From assembly GCA_963762115.1 (NCBI GenBank), contig CAVXJH010000005.1, forward strand, positions 96,001 to 160,000: a stretch of 64,000 nucleotides of DNA. Direction: 5' to 3'. This DNA comes from Candidatus Babeliales bacterium. GTDB lineage: Bacteria; Babelota; Babeliae; Babelales; JANWKD01. Shown here piece after piece: positions 50,175 through 60,221 of the stretch. Under the pieces are notes generated by a model. That model saw only the letters and a program-made list of their open reading frames with translations, did no database searches and was not told the origin of the DNA. The position numbers and the translations under genes are program-made. Every line of letters starts with the position of its first letter. Positions within the stretch are counted from its first letter, which is position 1.

Positions 50175-50437
50175 TTTCCTTAACTAATGCATAGATATTG
50201 TTTTCTTAATACAAAATCTTGTCAAAAGTAAAGAGACTCTTTTATCTTTTTTATTCGCTTTTCTTATTTATTAATTCATGTAAGAGATTTTCGCATTGCA
50301 GTAATATGTTTATGGCTTATGGTTATTTATAAGCGGCTTGAGTATAGTATCATGCATTGGAGATCGGCTTTGAAAATGGTAATAGTGTAGGTATATTAGG
50401 ATTAAGCTTTACCATTATTCATATTTATAATCCCAAT

Positions 50438-51049
50438 CTATCGTTGCTTCTTGTTTAAGGCTCTTCTTCTAATAAAAAATTTACTTATAAAAAATATCCA
50501 ACATATAACAAAAGAAATAATGGAAATGAGAATGAGAATGGTAGCGGTAATTTTTGCATACCACGTTGGAACAATAAGCCACACCATAATCCATTGGGTA
50601 ATAACAATTATTCCAAGTAAGCTAGCTGTTAGTAAACTACTTGCACGCACAAATAAAGGAAGCAGATTGGTATATGGAGTAATTGCAAGAACAAAAAAGA
50701 ATATCGCAGAGCACATTAAAATAACAAAAGGTATGTATGCATTGCCGCATGAAAATTTTCTACTACTATATCTTCCATCGCTTTTGTAAAAAGCAAGTTT
50801 TTCATTTAAAATTTTCCTATGATCATGCAATTCTTTAAACTTTTCTAAGTGTTTCATCGTCTTCGGTTGTTTCATAAGAATATCTATTTCTTTTTCTAAT
50901 GCTTTCAATTGTACTTCAATTTCATATTGAGCAAGTAATGTTTCAGCAAAAGCTGTTGGTTTTAAGGAAATAGATAAATTGCATACACTAACAATGCAGA
51001 AGAGTATTATTAATAACCATATAAGCGAGTATTTCATGTTCATAACCAT
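50438..51049 (-). CDS. Hypothetical membrane protein
   Basis: N-terminal hydrophobic segment plus 3 C-terminal TM segments. Confidence 0.7.
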   Translation of the reverse strand: MVMNMKYSLIWLLIILFCIVSVCNLSISLKPTAFAETLLAQYEIEVQLKALEKEIDILMKQPKTMKHLEKFKELHDHRKILNEKLAFYKSDGRYSSRKFSCGNAYIPFVILMCSAIFFFVLAITPYTNLLPLFVRASSLLTASLLGIIVITQWIMVWLIVPTWYAKITATILILISIISFVICWIFFISKFFIRRRALNKKQR

Positions 51050-51600
51050 AAGCTACCAAAATATTTTGCAAATAAATCTATTCCCTCTTGCACCTTTTGA
51101 TGATGCTCTTCAAATTTTTTGTGAAAAATCTCAAAAGTAGGTTGCATAATTCCTGAGCATCGATTCCATTCCAAAGATTCTAAGGCAATAGGTTTTTTAG
51201 CATTCTTAAATCGTTCACGATCTTCTTGTTTTAATTTTTTTAATTCTTTTTTATGAATCTTACTGATCCTATTATATTCTTTATAATACTCTTTTTCAGC
51301 TGGTCCATCCCAACCACGATTCTTAGTTATCCATTCAAAAGAGTAAATCATTGTATCAAGACATACTAACCATTCATCAAATCTATCTGGATTATCTGGA
51401 CCTTCTGGTTTTGCTGGATCGGGAGCAAAAGGCATAGGATATCCTTGATACTCATATGTATCATATCTTTTACGGTATTTTTTTAAGAAAGGATAAATAA
51501 CGCAAGCTAAGGTAACATCTCCATTCCACAAATCATCGTATGTCACAGATACTTTTACTCTATCTTTTTCTTTATCTTTATAGGTGATTGATACTTTCAT
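51040..51600 (-). CDS. Hypothetical protein (possibly phage-associated family)
   Basis: DLWN.D.TLA..IYPFL, W...LD.MI.SF, EGIDLFAKYF.SLW; family assignment from memory only. Confidence 0.6.
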   Translation of the reverse strand: MKVSITYKDKEKDRVKVSVTYDDLWNGDVTLACVIYPFLKKYRKRYDTYEYQGYPMPFAPDPAKPEGPDNPDRFDEWLVCLDTMIYSFEWITKNRGWDGPAEKEYYKEYNRISKIHKKELKKLKQEDRERFKNAKKPIALESLEWNRCSGIMQPTFEIFHKKFEEHHQKVQEGIDLFAKYFGSLWL

Positions 51601-51625
51601 AAATATTTTGTTTAAAAGTTTCTTT

Positions 51626-52060
51626 TTAAGATAACGACTTTATAGACAAAATTAATGCGATAAATCCAGTTAATCCTAATATACAATATGCTAAATCTGG
51701 AACTGGATGATTTTTGCGAGCCGGTAAAAATCGTAATGTGCATTTGTGATCGATTGTAATGTCTTCAATAAACACTTTTGGCCATCCAAATAAATAGGGT
51801 AACCACCAGGTGTTAATATGACCAAACATAAATAGAAATAAGCCTAAGATAAACAACAGTTTGGTGTAAAAATTACCGAATGTATAACCAATCGTAAGAA
51901 GTATTATTATGCACCAATTGATAAATAATGTTCGTTTCCAAGAAGGTGTATTGGGAAATTTATCAATATCATTTAAGGGGGGAATTGGAATAAAATGGAT
52001 AATAAAGAACCATAAGGCAAAAATAATTTGTGAAAGAAATGTGTAGAAATTTATATTCAT
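51626..52060 (-). CDS. Hypothetical membrane protein
   Basis: Four hydrophobic segments; WWLPYLFG. Confidence 0.7.
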   Translation of the reverse strand: MNINFYTFLSQIIFALWFFIIHFIPIPPLNDIDKFPNTPSWKRTLFINWCIIILLTIGYTFGNFYTKLLFILGLFLFMFGHINTWWLPYLFGWPKVFIEDITIDHKCTLRFLPARKNHPVPDLAYCILGLTGFIALILSIKSLS

Positions 52061-52214
52061 TAGAAAAACCTAAAAAAGATATTGAAGAACTATAATTAGT
52101 ATAATATTTTTTTAGCAAAAGCTCTAATAGCTCGGTTAGGATTATTGAAAACGATAGAAATAATAAGTATCCAAGATCTATAATGTACTGATTGAATTTT
52201 AATTAATGTTTCTT

Positions 52215-52262
52215 ATGAGACTTGAACTCACATAGCCAATATAGGCATTTTACCCAGATTTT
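52215..52262 (-). pseudogene. Possible decayed tRNA fragment (T-arm + long variable arm)
   Basis: Minus strand GTGAG-TTCAAGT-CTCAT T-arm preceded by GCC-tatatt-GGC; no acceptor stem found. Confidence 0.35.
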
Positions 52263-52306
52263 CCAAAGGAAAACTACACCTTAAAGTGTGTTAAATTAAA
52301 GAAACA

Positions 52307-52567
52307 CTATACATTATTATCAAGAGATAAAAAATATCGACGTAAAAATATTCTGCCAGCGTTTGATTTTAAATATCATTCAAATTTTAAAGCTTTTGCT
52401 TCTTGATCAAATCCCAGAAAACCTACCAAGTCCCACGGCTTAAAACCTTTAGTATATACTGATTTTCCTGCATTATGAGCTAAAAATCTTTGTTTTAAAT
52501 TAGAAGTAAAACCTATGTAAGTTTTATCGGGAAACGTTCGAGATTTGATATAATAAACATAAAACAT
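52307..52567 (-). pseudogene. GIY-YIG nuclease with premature TGA
   Basis: FYVYYI...TYIGFTSNLKQR..AHN; homology to 59831-60073 continues past TGA 52376-78 (FE*YLKSNAGRIF) to TAG 52307. Confidence 0.85.
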
Positions 52568-52651
52568 ATTTTTTATCTAATTATTGGTTTGCCAGGGGCA
52601 TTAAAGAGTAAGATTTTGACTGGCCTGCCAGGCATTTCCTTCAGAAATGCC

Positions 52652-52759
52652 TGGCGTTACCTAGTAGAGACAGCCCTTAACCATGAGCTCGAATTTAGCA
52701 CTGGTGTGCAAGTCATAAAAACCGTTTGTTCTAGCTTAAATATTGAAATTAATAAATAA
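52652..52759 (+). repeat. att-like direct repeat with start-less conserved reading frame, copy 1
   Basis: WRYLVETALNHELEFSTGVQVIKTVCSSLNIEINK*; homolog at 60222-60332. Confidence 0.8.
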
Positions 52760-52843
52760 TAATTTGCTCTATTTTATTTTGCTTTTTTTGCCATCTCTTG
52801 CTAAAATATACTAAAACTGGCATAATTTAAGTGAGTAGTATAT

Positions 52844-53206
52844 ATGAAACACAAACAACTAATTTGGATTGGTTCTAGCAAAAAAGACCTTAAAGATCTT
52901 CCTGATGAAGTTATAGACACTATGGGATATGGGCTCTACCTCGCACAGAAAGGTGAGCAGCATGAAAATGCTAAGGTGCTCAAAGGCTTTGGAAGCGCTG
53001 GGGTTCTTGAAATAAAAGAATCTGATGCAGCTGGCACCTATCGAGCTGTTTACACAGTTACTATGCCTGAGGTAGTATTTGTATTACATGTATTTCAAAA
53101 AAAGTCTAAAGAAGGAATTAAAACACCGCAACAAGATATAAAACTTATAAAAAGTAGACTTAAATGTGCTCAAGAAATTTATAAAGAAAAATTTAAAAAG
53201 AAATAA
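52844..53206 (+). CDS. RelE/HigB-like (Gp49-type) toxin
   Basis: WIGSSKKDL, GVLEI, GTYRAVY, VLHVFQKKS..GIKTP. Confidence 0.88.
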   Translation: MKHKQLIWIGSSKKDLKDLPDEVIDTMGYGLYLAQKGEQHENAKVLKGFGSAGVLEIKESDAAGTYRAVYTVTMPEVVFVLHVFQKKSKEGIKTPQQDIKLIKSRLKCAQEIYKEKFKKK

Positions 53207-53211
53207 GTGTT

Positions 53212-53640
53212 ATGAAAAAGAATAATGATTATATCATAAGTTCAGGTAATGTATTTGCTGATCTTGGTCTTTCAAATCCAGAAGAAAGACTTGCAAAAGC
53301 AGAATTAGCACGTCAAATTAATAACATTATTAAGCAAAAAAAACTTACTCAAGTTGCCGCAGCTGAACTGCTGGAAATAGATCAACCAAAAATATCTGCT
53401 CTAAGCACTGGAAGATTATCAGGCTTTTCTCTCGAAAGACTTTTTCGTTTTTTAAATATCTTGGGCCAAGATATTACCATTAAAGTTACGCCAAAAACAC
53501 GAACAAAACAAAAAGCTGAAGTTAGAGTCAATGTTCCCAAAACAAAGAAACCTGTAATGATAAAACAACCTCAAGCTGAATCTTCAAGCGTTCGAGCTCT
53601 TCATGCAAAAAAAAAAATAAATAGTTCTCGCTATGGCTAA
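53212..53640 (+). CDS. XRE-family HTH antitoxin
   Basis: SSGNVFADLG, LTQVAAAELLEIDQPKISAL..G.LSGFSLERL. Confidence 0.88.
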   Translation: MKKNNDYIISSGNVFADLGLSNPEERLAKAELARQINNIIKQKKLTQVAAAELLEIDQPKISALSTGRLSGFSLERLFRFLNILGQDITIKVTPKTRTKQKAEVRVNVPKTKKPVMIKQPQAESSSVRALHAKKKINSSRYG

Positions 53641-53926
53641 AGAATTAAAAGAATTTAAACATTATTTTTCAGAAAAGCTCAAAGATCTTAGGTATGCAAT
53701 TGCGTATCTTAATGAAGCATTAGCAAATGAGGATAAGCGAGTTTTATTAGTAGCATTAACAAATGTTTGTGAAGCTCAAAAGGGAAATATAAAAACAAAA
53801 AGTTTCCAAAAATATCTTGAAAAACGCTTGGATAAAGACGAGATTACCGAAATTGAAAGACAAGCACTGTTAGAAATTGATATTCTTCAATCTATGCAAA
53901 ATTCAATATCAGACGCTATTGACTGA
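53633..53926 (+). CDS. Antitoxin-like fragment/chimera
   Basis: EKLKD..YAIAYLNEAL...LLVAL resembles addiction-module antidote N-termini; no HTH visible. Confidence 0.45.
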   Translation: MAKELKEFKHYFSEKLKDLRYAIAYLNEALANEDKRVLLVALTNVCEAQKGNIKTKSFQKYLEKRLDKDEITEIERQALLEIDILQSMQNSISDAID

Positions 53927-54043
53927 TTAACATTGGTTTTATCAAATTTAAATTTTAATGATTTTTTTGCATACTCATTTTTATTGAGTGAATAAGGGCA
54001 AACACCGGATCGCATACAATGGTTGGGCCATAATAAGTGTGCA

Positions 54044-54394
54044 TTAAGGGATTACTATAACCATAAATGATGGAAAATGCAGAGGGAAATGGGTATATAA
54101 TGGAATATAGTAATGATGCAATTTTTTGGGTAAAAAAACTGCAATGATTCCTGAAACCGCAAAAAGACCTGCAGCAGTCAATCCTGAATATGGCAATTTA
54201 CTTTCATAGGCAGTACATCCGGCAATGCTAAAACTAAGTGCTGTTGCTGCCAAGAGTATGTTGGTAATTTTTATGCTTAGCGTTGTTTCTTCTTCTGCAA
54301 CTTGACAGTCACTTTCATGAGCGAGCAAAGTATAATTCTGACCGCTAAAGCATAAAAATATAAAAATTAACATTCTTAATTTGAACGTTGTCAT
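54044..54394 (-). CDS. Small exported/membrane protein
   Basis: Signal peptide plus two TM segments. Confidence 0.6.
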   Translation of the reverse strand: MTTFKLRMLIFIFLCFSGQNYTLLAHESDCQVAEEETTLSIKITNILLAATALSFSIAGCTAYESKLPYSGLTAAGLFAVSGIIAVFLPKKLHHYYIPLYTHFPLHFPSFMVIVIP

Positions 54395-54396
54395 AT

Positions 54397-54960
54397 TTAG
54401 TTACTTTCACTCGTATTGTGTTTTTTGAGAAATCGCTGAGCCTTCTCTTTATCTTTTTCAAAACCACTAATTTTGTTTACTGTATAAAAATAGCTTATAT
54501 CTTCATTACTATAATTTAACAATATTCCAATGAGATAATGATTTAAATCCTTTTGAGGATTACGAGCATATTTTCTTGCAAATATATGTTCATACTCCTC
54601 AAGCATTAATGCCTGTTCTTTGCCTTCAGAGGTATAAAGAATTAATGAGGCTTCTTCCGGCTTATTATTAAAATTAAGGCCATTTTTTACTTCAATACTA
54701 TGTATTCCTAAATTTTCGATAGGTAAAAATTCTTTTGCAATATATGAAAAATCTTTTTTAGTTCCCCAATATACTTTTTTATACCCAGCAATCATACATT
54801 TTATTCGACAATTAACATTGTCATTACCACTCAAATCATCATGTACATTTCTTGCTGCCCCGCAACATTGTTCCGAAGGAATGAAATCTTTATGCCAAAT
54901 ATTTGAAGGAAAATAAGCAAAGACAGCTGAGCTTAAAATGAATAATAGAAATTTTATCAT
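54397..54960 (-). CDS. Hypothetical exported protein
   Basis: Signal ending VFA; IGILLNYS.EDI motif. Confidence 0.65.
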   Translation of the reverse strand: MIKFLLFILSSAVFAYFPSNIWHKDFIPSEQCCGAARNVHDDLSGNDNVNCRIKCMIAGYKKVYWGTKKDFSYIAKEFLPIENLGIHSIEVKNGLNFNNKPEEASLILYTSEGKEQALMLEEYEHIFARKYARNPQKDLNHYLIGILLNYSNEDISYFYTVNKISGFEKDKEKAQRFLKKHNTSESN

Positions 54961-55217
54961 AAAGTTTATCTTATTTTTAATATGTTTTTTTATTTTAAAA
55001 GTAGCAATACTGATGCATTAAGTAAAGATCATTTAATTAAAACAAGGTCCTTTTATTCTTTTTTATTGCCAATATAGGCTCTTCAAATAAGCCAACCATG
55101 TTAAATTATTACTGTTTTAACCTGTAAAGCTATAGGCATCTAGAACTTTTTTGATTTTCTGTTAAACTAATAAATGATTATTAATCATAAAAATAACAAA
55201 TTAAATGAGGTTATAAC

Positions 55218-55619
55218 ATGGATTATCACAGATTTTTGGCTATATTAGCTGTCTTTTTCTTATTTCAGAATACTTTTCCGGGAAATGATGAAGTTTCACA
55301 AACTTCCTTCAATACAAGATCAGAAAACCCTATACAAGCCCCCGGTCCTATTATGATCCCATTAAACAATAGTCTCCCATTTTATTCCGTCTCAATCGCT
55401 AAAAAATTGTACAACGGTACTCCCTTAACTCAAGAAGAAAAAAGATTTCCCAAAATAGCATTAGGCCTTACTTGTGCTATAAACGCACTTTTTATACCTG
55501 CCTGTTTAAAAATGCAAGGTCACCCCGTTTCTGTCGGTAATGTTGCTGCGTTAACTATTGTTGCATTGCCAATAACTTGGTTCTTTTCTGAATTTTTAAA
55601 TTGTGAATGGGATGATTAA
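55218..55619 (+). CDS. Small exported/membrane protein
   Basis: RBS gaggt; signal plus two C-terminal TM segments. Confidence 0.65.
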   Translation: MDYHRFLAILAVFFLFQNTFPGNDEVSQTSFNTRSENPIQAPGPIMIPLNNSLPFYSVSIAKKLYNGTPLTQEEKRFPKIALGLTCAINALFIPACLKMQGHPVSVGNVAALTIVALPITWFFSEFLNCEWDD

Positions 55620-55675
55620 AAAATAAGAAATTTTAATAACACATTATTTCGGTCTAATACTACTGGGAGAGTTTC

Positions 55676-56145
55676 TTGCATTTATTTCCAAATCGCATAT
55701 ACTCTCCGATTGTAGCAATCAAAGCACTCTCTTCATCAAAAGGAACAATCATGTTCTTGTTCAACAGAACGCAGATTCTGTCTCTCACCTCACAAAATCA
55801 AATTACATCCATCCTCATTACCTTTCGAATTTCCGAAACATATATCGGGCTCGATGAGCAGGAAAGCTGCTACACAGCTTAATTCCAATTAATTTGTTCC
55901 TACATTCAAGAATGGTTTTATAAAACCATAAAACTAAAAAAAGAAATTAAGATATTTCTAAAATATCTTGAGGAGATTTATTTATATGAAGAATCCCCCT
56001 AGAGTAAATATATTGTTATCTGTTGATGATAAAAACGATTTACTGATTTTTTTGTGATACTTATCGCCGTCGATAGAAGAGTTAATGCAAAACCAAGAAA
56101 TAAACCTAAAGCAAAGAAATAGGCTCGCAATCGCGGGCCTTGTTT
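55676..56145 (+). pseudogene. Degenerate copy of the element backbone block (two frameshifted small ORFs + hairpin)
   Basis: Homologous to 63237-63738 with single-base indels in A-runs and a 30-bp deletion between gcaaagaaa direct repeats. Confidence 0.85.
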
Positions 56146-56235
56146 CTTGTGAGCAATTGCGCTACCTTTGAATACATTCGAACATCGCCTGTTAACATAT
56201 GCTTTACCATGTGTGCGTTATCATTCTGAGTGTGT

Positions 56236-57024
56236 TTAAGAATACTCTTGTTGAAAGCCCGCATTATGCTCGGCGATACTTTCTTTTAATTTATTAATCT
56301 CAGATTGTATGTATCCATTAAGTGTTCTAGATGAGCGAGGAGTCGTTTTAGCATATAAAGCATTAATTTGTTGTATATTTTTATTACGTAAAGCTTCTCT
56401 TATTCTTATATCTTCATCACGACTGTTTTTTACAATCTGAATCATTTCTTCAGCCTGTGCACAAGATGCTTCCATTTTAACTCGTGTACTATCCATTGCT
56501 TTCATATACAGTCTTTTTTCTTCATTACCATCAACCCTTTTTGCTTTCATAAATACTTGAAGCCTCTTAATTTGTAAAAAGAATTTATCTTCCTCATCAA
56601 GATTTTGTAATAAGAGTAATCTATGTTCTCTTTTTTTGGTTTTTAATAAAAAATCAATATCACGAATTATAAGTCGTCCTATAAAATTATTGGTAGTTTC
56701 ATGTAATTCTGACAAGTGAGAAAATCGTGCCGGTACTTTTGATATTTGTGTGAGGTAACAAAGTAATCCATATGTTGATTCCAAAGATAGCATAGACTCA
56801 GAGAATGAAGCTTGTGGATTTTTAAAAAATATATTTTGTTCATCTGAATGTAGCCCTCTGTTAAGTAATGCATCAGCAAAACAGTTTAGAAGATGCAAGT
56901 CTTCAAAAAATTCTTTTTTATGCGAAGACTCTTCTCTTGAGGAATTTTCGAGTTGCTTTTCCATTGCAGCTATGGATGTTGAAATAAATAATATAAAAAA
57001 GAATGTTTTTTTGAATGTAAACAT
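56236..57024 (-). CDS. Hypothetical exported helical protein
   Basis: Signal ending IAA then MEK. Confidence 0.75.
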   Translation of the reverse strand: MFTFKKTFFFILFISTSIAAMEKQLENSSREESSHKKEFFEDLHLLNCFADALLNRGLHSDEQNIFFKNPQASFSESMLSLESTYGLLCYLTQISKVPARFSHLSELHETTNNFIGRLIIRDIDFLLKTKKREHRLLLLQNLDEEDKFFLQIKRLQVFMKAKRVDGNEEKRLYMKAMDSTRVKMEASCAQAEEMIQIVKNSRDEDIRIREALRNKNIQQINALYAKTTPRSSRTLNGYIQSEINKLKESIAEHNAGFQQEYS

Positions 57025-57275
57025 AAAAACCTTTCATGAAAAAATATTGCAGCAATAATGTAGGTCGAATATATCACAATTTTTTCTTTATGTTAGCATG
57101 CCGCTATTTTTTTTATTCGGTTCAAAAAATAAACATGATTCAAAGTTACTTATACCATATTTACGCATATTAAAAATAAGCTCGCAATCGCGGGCCTTGT
57201 TTTTTGTGATCAATTACACTACCTTTGGATACCTGAGAGCATCATATGTCAACGCATATTCACAGAATGCAACGA

Positions 57276-58394
57276 ATGATCGACACCATAGTTTTTACTT
57301 TAACCAAAGACAAATTTCACATCATTCAGCCCGATAAATTCCAACCATCTGCAACACTTTTGTTATCGCAGTTTTCTCACACAATTCAAGCAAAACAGAA
57401 CCCAACACAAAAAGAACTCCTGAAAGGGGAATGCAAAAAACCTCGCTTAACATTGCAAAAGCGCATTAACGCTCAAGGATTGTTTGATCTCATGCTGAAA
57501 GCTGAACTCTCTTTGCCAAAGCTTTTATTTGGCAATAATGTCGATGAGCTTTGCTATAAAGATTTTCCGGCAATCATCAAAAAATTAGTTGTTGTGTTGC
57601 AAGAAATGGGCATTGAAACAACAGCAAAAGCTCTAGAGAATGCACCGCTCTCTAGCGTTCATTATGCAAAGAATATCCCCCTAACTGACGGCTCTACGCC
57701 CTATCATTTCATCAACAAAATTAAAGAAGCAAATATCAAAATCTCTCTCGACACAAATCAAACTGATTATCGCAACGATGGCCACAGTTATAAATGGCAC
57801 TGCAATTCATATGAAATTGTTTTCTATGACAAGATTTTGGATCTTGAAAAGGCCAAGAAGAGCGGCAAAAGATCGATTGATAAAGAGAGTGGAATAAACC
57901 ATTCGCTTTTCCCCTTTTTCAGGAAAAAAAAGAAATTTGAGATCCTTCGGATGGAAGTTCGATTAAACAAGCGACAGAAAATAAAACAGCTGTTTAAAAC
58001 ATTGGGAATAAAATCGGATTTGACGCTGAAGAAATTGTTCAAGCCTGCCATTGCAAAGAAAGTGTTGTTGCATTATTTGGATGAACTGGAATCAAAGCGA
58101 CCTCTCATACTTGATTATAAATCAGATAATGAAACAGCATTGCTTGCTGATTTAGTTTTCTATAATCCTGAGTTAAGCCCAACGAAGATTTTGCAGCTGT
58201 TTGGATTAAAGCAAGCGCTCAATGTTATGAGCCCTAGGGAGTTAAGAATGTTGTTTGCAAAGTATAATCAAAGATCCTGGTATAAAATTATGGCTGATGC
58301 AAATAAAGTTAAGTTGCCGATTGTGCAACAACCTTTAGATGTTATTCGTAAACAATTGATTGTATTTAAATCCTTAAAATACTTAAATCTATAA
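57276..58394 (+). CDS. Putative rolling-circle replication initiator (phage/plasmid gene II/X, Phage_CRI-like)
   Basis: MIDTI start (shared with copy at 63815), ELSLPKLLFGNN, FYDK, LRMEVRL. These motifs are typical of gene II/X-type Reps (by eye). Confidence 0.65.
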   Translation: MIDTIVFTLTKDKFHIIQPDKFQPSATLLLSQFSHTIQAKQNPTQKELLKGECKKPRLTLQKRINAQGLFDLMLKAELSLPKLLFGNNVDELCYKDFPAIIKKLVVVLQEMGIETTAKALENAPLSSVHYAKNIPLTDGSTPYHFINKIKEANIKISLDTNQTDYRNDGHSYKWHCNSYEIVFYDKILDLEKAKKSGKRSIDKESGINHSLFPFFRKKKKFEILRMEVRLNKRQKIKQLFKTLGIKSDLTLKKLFKPAIAKKVLLHYLDELESKRPLILDYKSDNETALLADLVFYNPELSPTKILQLFGLKQALNVMSPRELRMLFAKYNQRSWYKIMADANKVKLPIVQQPLDVIRKQLIVFKSLKYLNL

Positions 58395-59054
58395 CATTTC
58401 TCGTGGGTCAAGTTCTTTGTTCATCTGCTTTGACATTGCTTTTTTACATTCTTTTAATTGAGGCATGATAAAGCTTGCTCGATTAATTATATTCATTAAT
58501 TGTTCATATGAATAACTTGAGTATTGATCAGTATAAATCTCATTTTTTACTAATCGATATAAATCCATTTGGTGCTCACGTGCTTCATTCGCATATTTAT
58601 CAACTTCAGATGAGATAAATAAAGCAGATTCCTCATGATAATTGTGAAAAGAAGCAATATTATTTAACCCAAGGAAATTATCAGCATCGTCTATTCTTTC
58701 TAGACACATTCTAATCAAATTTCTTAAATCTTCTGCCGTGATTAGTGTATCGTTAGCTTGTTTCTCTATTATTTTTCTGTTTATAGTTTCAAAAATTATA
58801 TAAAGTGATCCAGCTTCTCGCAGTAGTTGATAAAGTTTAGGATAAATTTCATATAAATTTTTAGTCCTAATCTGTAAATGCAAATAATTTCGTTGCATTT
58901 CAAACTTTATTTTTTCAGCTTCTTTATTAATTAAGATTACAGCCCTTTTATAAAGCAAATAATTACAAATAACTCCTGTAAATATAGCAAAGATTGCTCC
59001 ATTTATTACTGGAGTTAATTGATAAGTTTCTATAAGTGAAAGAATATAATTCAT
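58389..59054 (-). CDS. Hypothetical protein with N-terminal TM
   Basis: 221-aa ORF, one TM then helical domain. Confidence 0.7.
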   Translation of the reverse strand: MNYILSLIETYQLTPVINGAIFAIFTGVICNYLLYKRAVILINKEAEKIKFEMQRNYLHLQIRTKNLYEIYPKLYQLLREAGSLYIIFETINRKIIEKQANDTLITAEDLRNLIRMCLERIDDADNFLGLNNIASFHNYHEESALFISSEVDKYANEAREHQMDLYRLVKNEIYTDQYSSYSYEQLMNIINRASFIMPQLKECKKAMSKQMNKELDPREML

Positions 59055-59102
59055 TATTATATTTTCTGTTTGAGAATAATGGAAATGGTTTACTGCAGTT
59101 AA

Positions 59103-59510
59103 TCATGAAATTAAACATCTATTTTCTGATTTATCAGTTTTTGGATCTTGTGGAGGGTGAATAAATCCTGTTTCAGCTATTTGTTGTGCAAAAATAATAC
59201 CAATATAATCTTTTTTTATTATATTTTTTTCAGAATCAATAATATTCATCTTTGTTAAAGCAACTTCCACGTCTGGATCAAATTCAATTGAAGAACATTT
59301 ATATTTCATAATCAATTGCATCAAGAGGTCTGATTTTTTCTCAACAGGCCAATCTAAAATCTCAAAATCTTTATTAAAATTGGCAACAAAAACTTTAAAG
59401 TTTTCATTTGCATGAACATCCTCAACAGTTTTTTTTGCTCGCTCCATGGCTAAACATTCTGTCAAACTTAAACTAAAGATTACAAAAAGCATCATTTTTT
59501 TTATAACCAT
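59103..59510 (-). CDS. Hypothetical exported protein with C-terminal CaaX-like motif
   Basis: Signal ending CLA then MER; ends CLIS*. Confidence 0.7.
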   Translation of the reverse strand: MVIKKMMLFVIFSLSLTECLAMERAKKTVEDVHANENFKVFVANFNKDFEILDWPVEKKSDLLMQLIMKYKCSSIEFDPDVEVALTKMNIIDSEKNIIKKDYIGIIFAQQIAETGFIHPPQDPKTDKSENRCLIS

Positions 59511-59654
59511 GAATTATTCCTTATAAGTACATTATGAATGAAATAGAATCATGCACAGCATACAAAAAAAATTAATATAAATCATCTACTATCCCTCCCC
59601 CTTTTCGTGATATGCTAGGCACGTTTTAACATAACCCACTAAGCAAGAGCAATC

Positions 59655-59816
59655 ATGAAAGCAATTTTAATCGCCCGTGTAAGCACAGAAGAACAAAAAG
59701 AAGCTGGCAATTCACTCCCAGCACAAGTAGCTCGTCTGGAGAAATACTGCCAAGTCAAAGATTTTCCAATTATTAAAAGCTTTAGCTTTGATGAAAGCGG
59801 TTATAAAAACCTGTGA
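59655..59816 (+). pseudogene. Serine recombinase N-terminal fragment (53 aa)
   Basis: Hand translation MKAILIARVSTEEQKEAGNSLPAQVARLEKYCQVKDFPIIKSFSFDESGYKNL*; catalytic RVST motif. Confidence 0.9.
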
Positions 59817-59830
59817 GAATTCCCCTGTGA

Positions 59831-60073
59831 TTACCAGAACCTTTTTTTAGTGAATGCTCTTCCAGAACCGGATTTAAGATATTTTTCAAATGCTACAGCC
59901 TGATCAAGATTATTAAAAGTAATCGACGAAATAAGTTCCCATGGTCTGAATTGAGCAGTGTGAGCTGACCCGCCTGAATTATGAGTTTTAAGACGTTCTT
60001 GAAGATTGTCAGTATGGCCAATATAAGTTTGTTTGGAAAAATTTAGAGATCGCAAAAGATATACGTAATACAT
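59831..60073 (-). CDS. Small GIY-YIG nuclease
   Basis: YYVYLLRS...TYIGHTDNLQERL..HNSG...RPW.L...FEKYLKSGSGR. Confidence 0.92.
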   Translation of the reverse strand: MYYVYLLRSLNFSKQTYIGHTDNLQERLKTHNSGGSAHTAQFRPWELISSITFNNLDQAVAFEKYLKSGSGRAFTKKRFW

Positions 60074-60221
60074 AAAACCTTTTTTGAAAAAAGGGCCGTG
60101 CCAGCCCGCCTCCGTTAAAACTTCGGCGCGCAGCTTTCGCCTTTGTTATTAATACTTCTTTATAAAATATAAATCATTTTAAAGAGAAGACTGGCCTGCC
60201 AGCTGAAGCCTTGGCGAAAGC

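Larger units (their letters stand above)
52652..60221 (+). mobile_element. Putative integrative element unit 1 (7570 bp, defective)
   Basis: Bounded by direct repeats beginning TGGCGTTACCTAGTAGAG (52652, 60222). Contains TA pair, rep leader block, rep and truncated serine recombinase. Confidence 0.7.

Noticed and set aside
52376..52378. In-frame TGA in GIY-YIG as evidence of stop-codon recoding
   Set aside because: Long conserved genes are intact under code 11 and use TGG for Trp; a single nonsense mutation is simpler.
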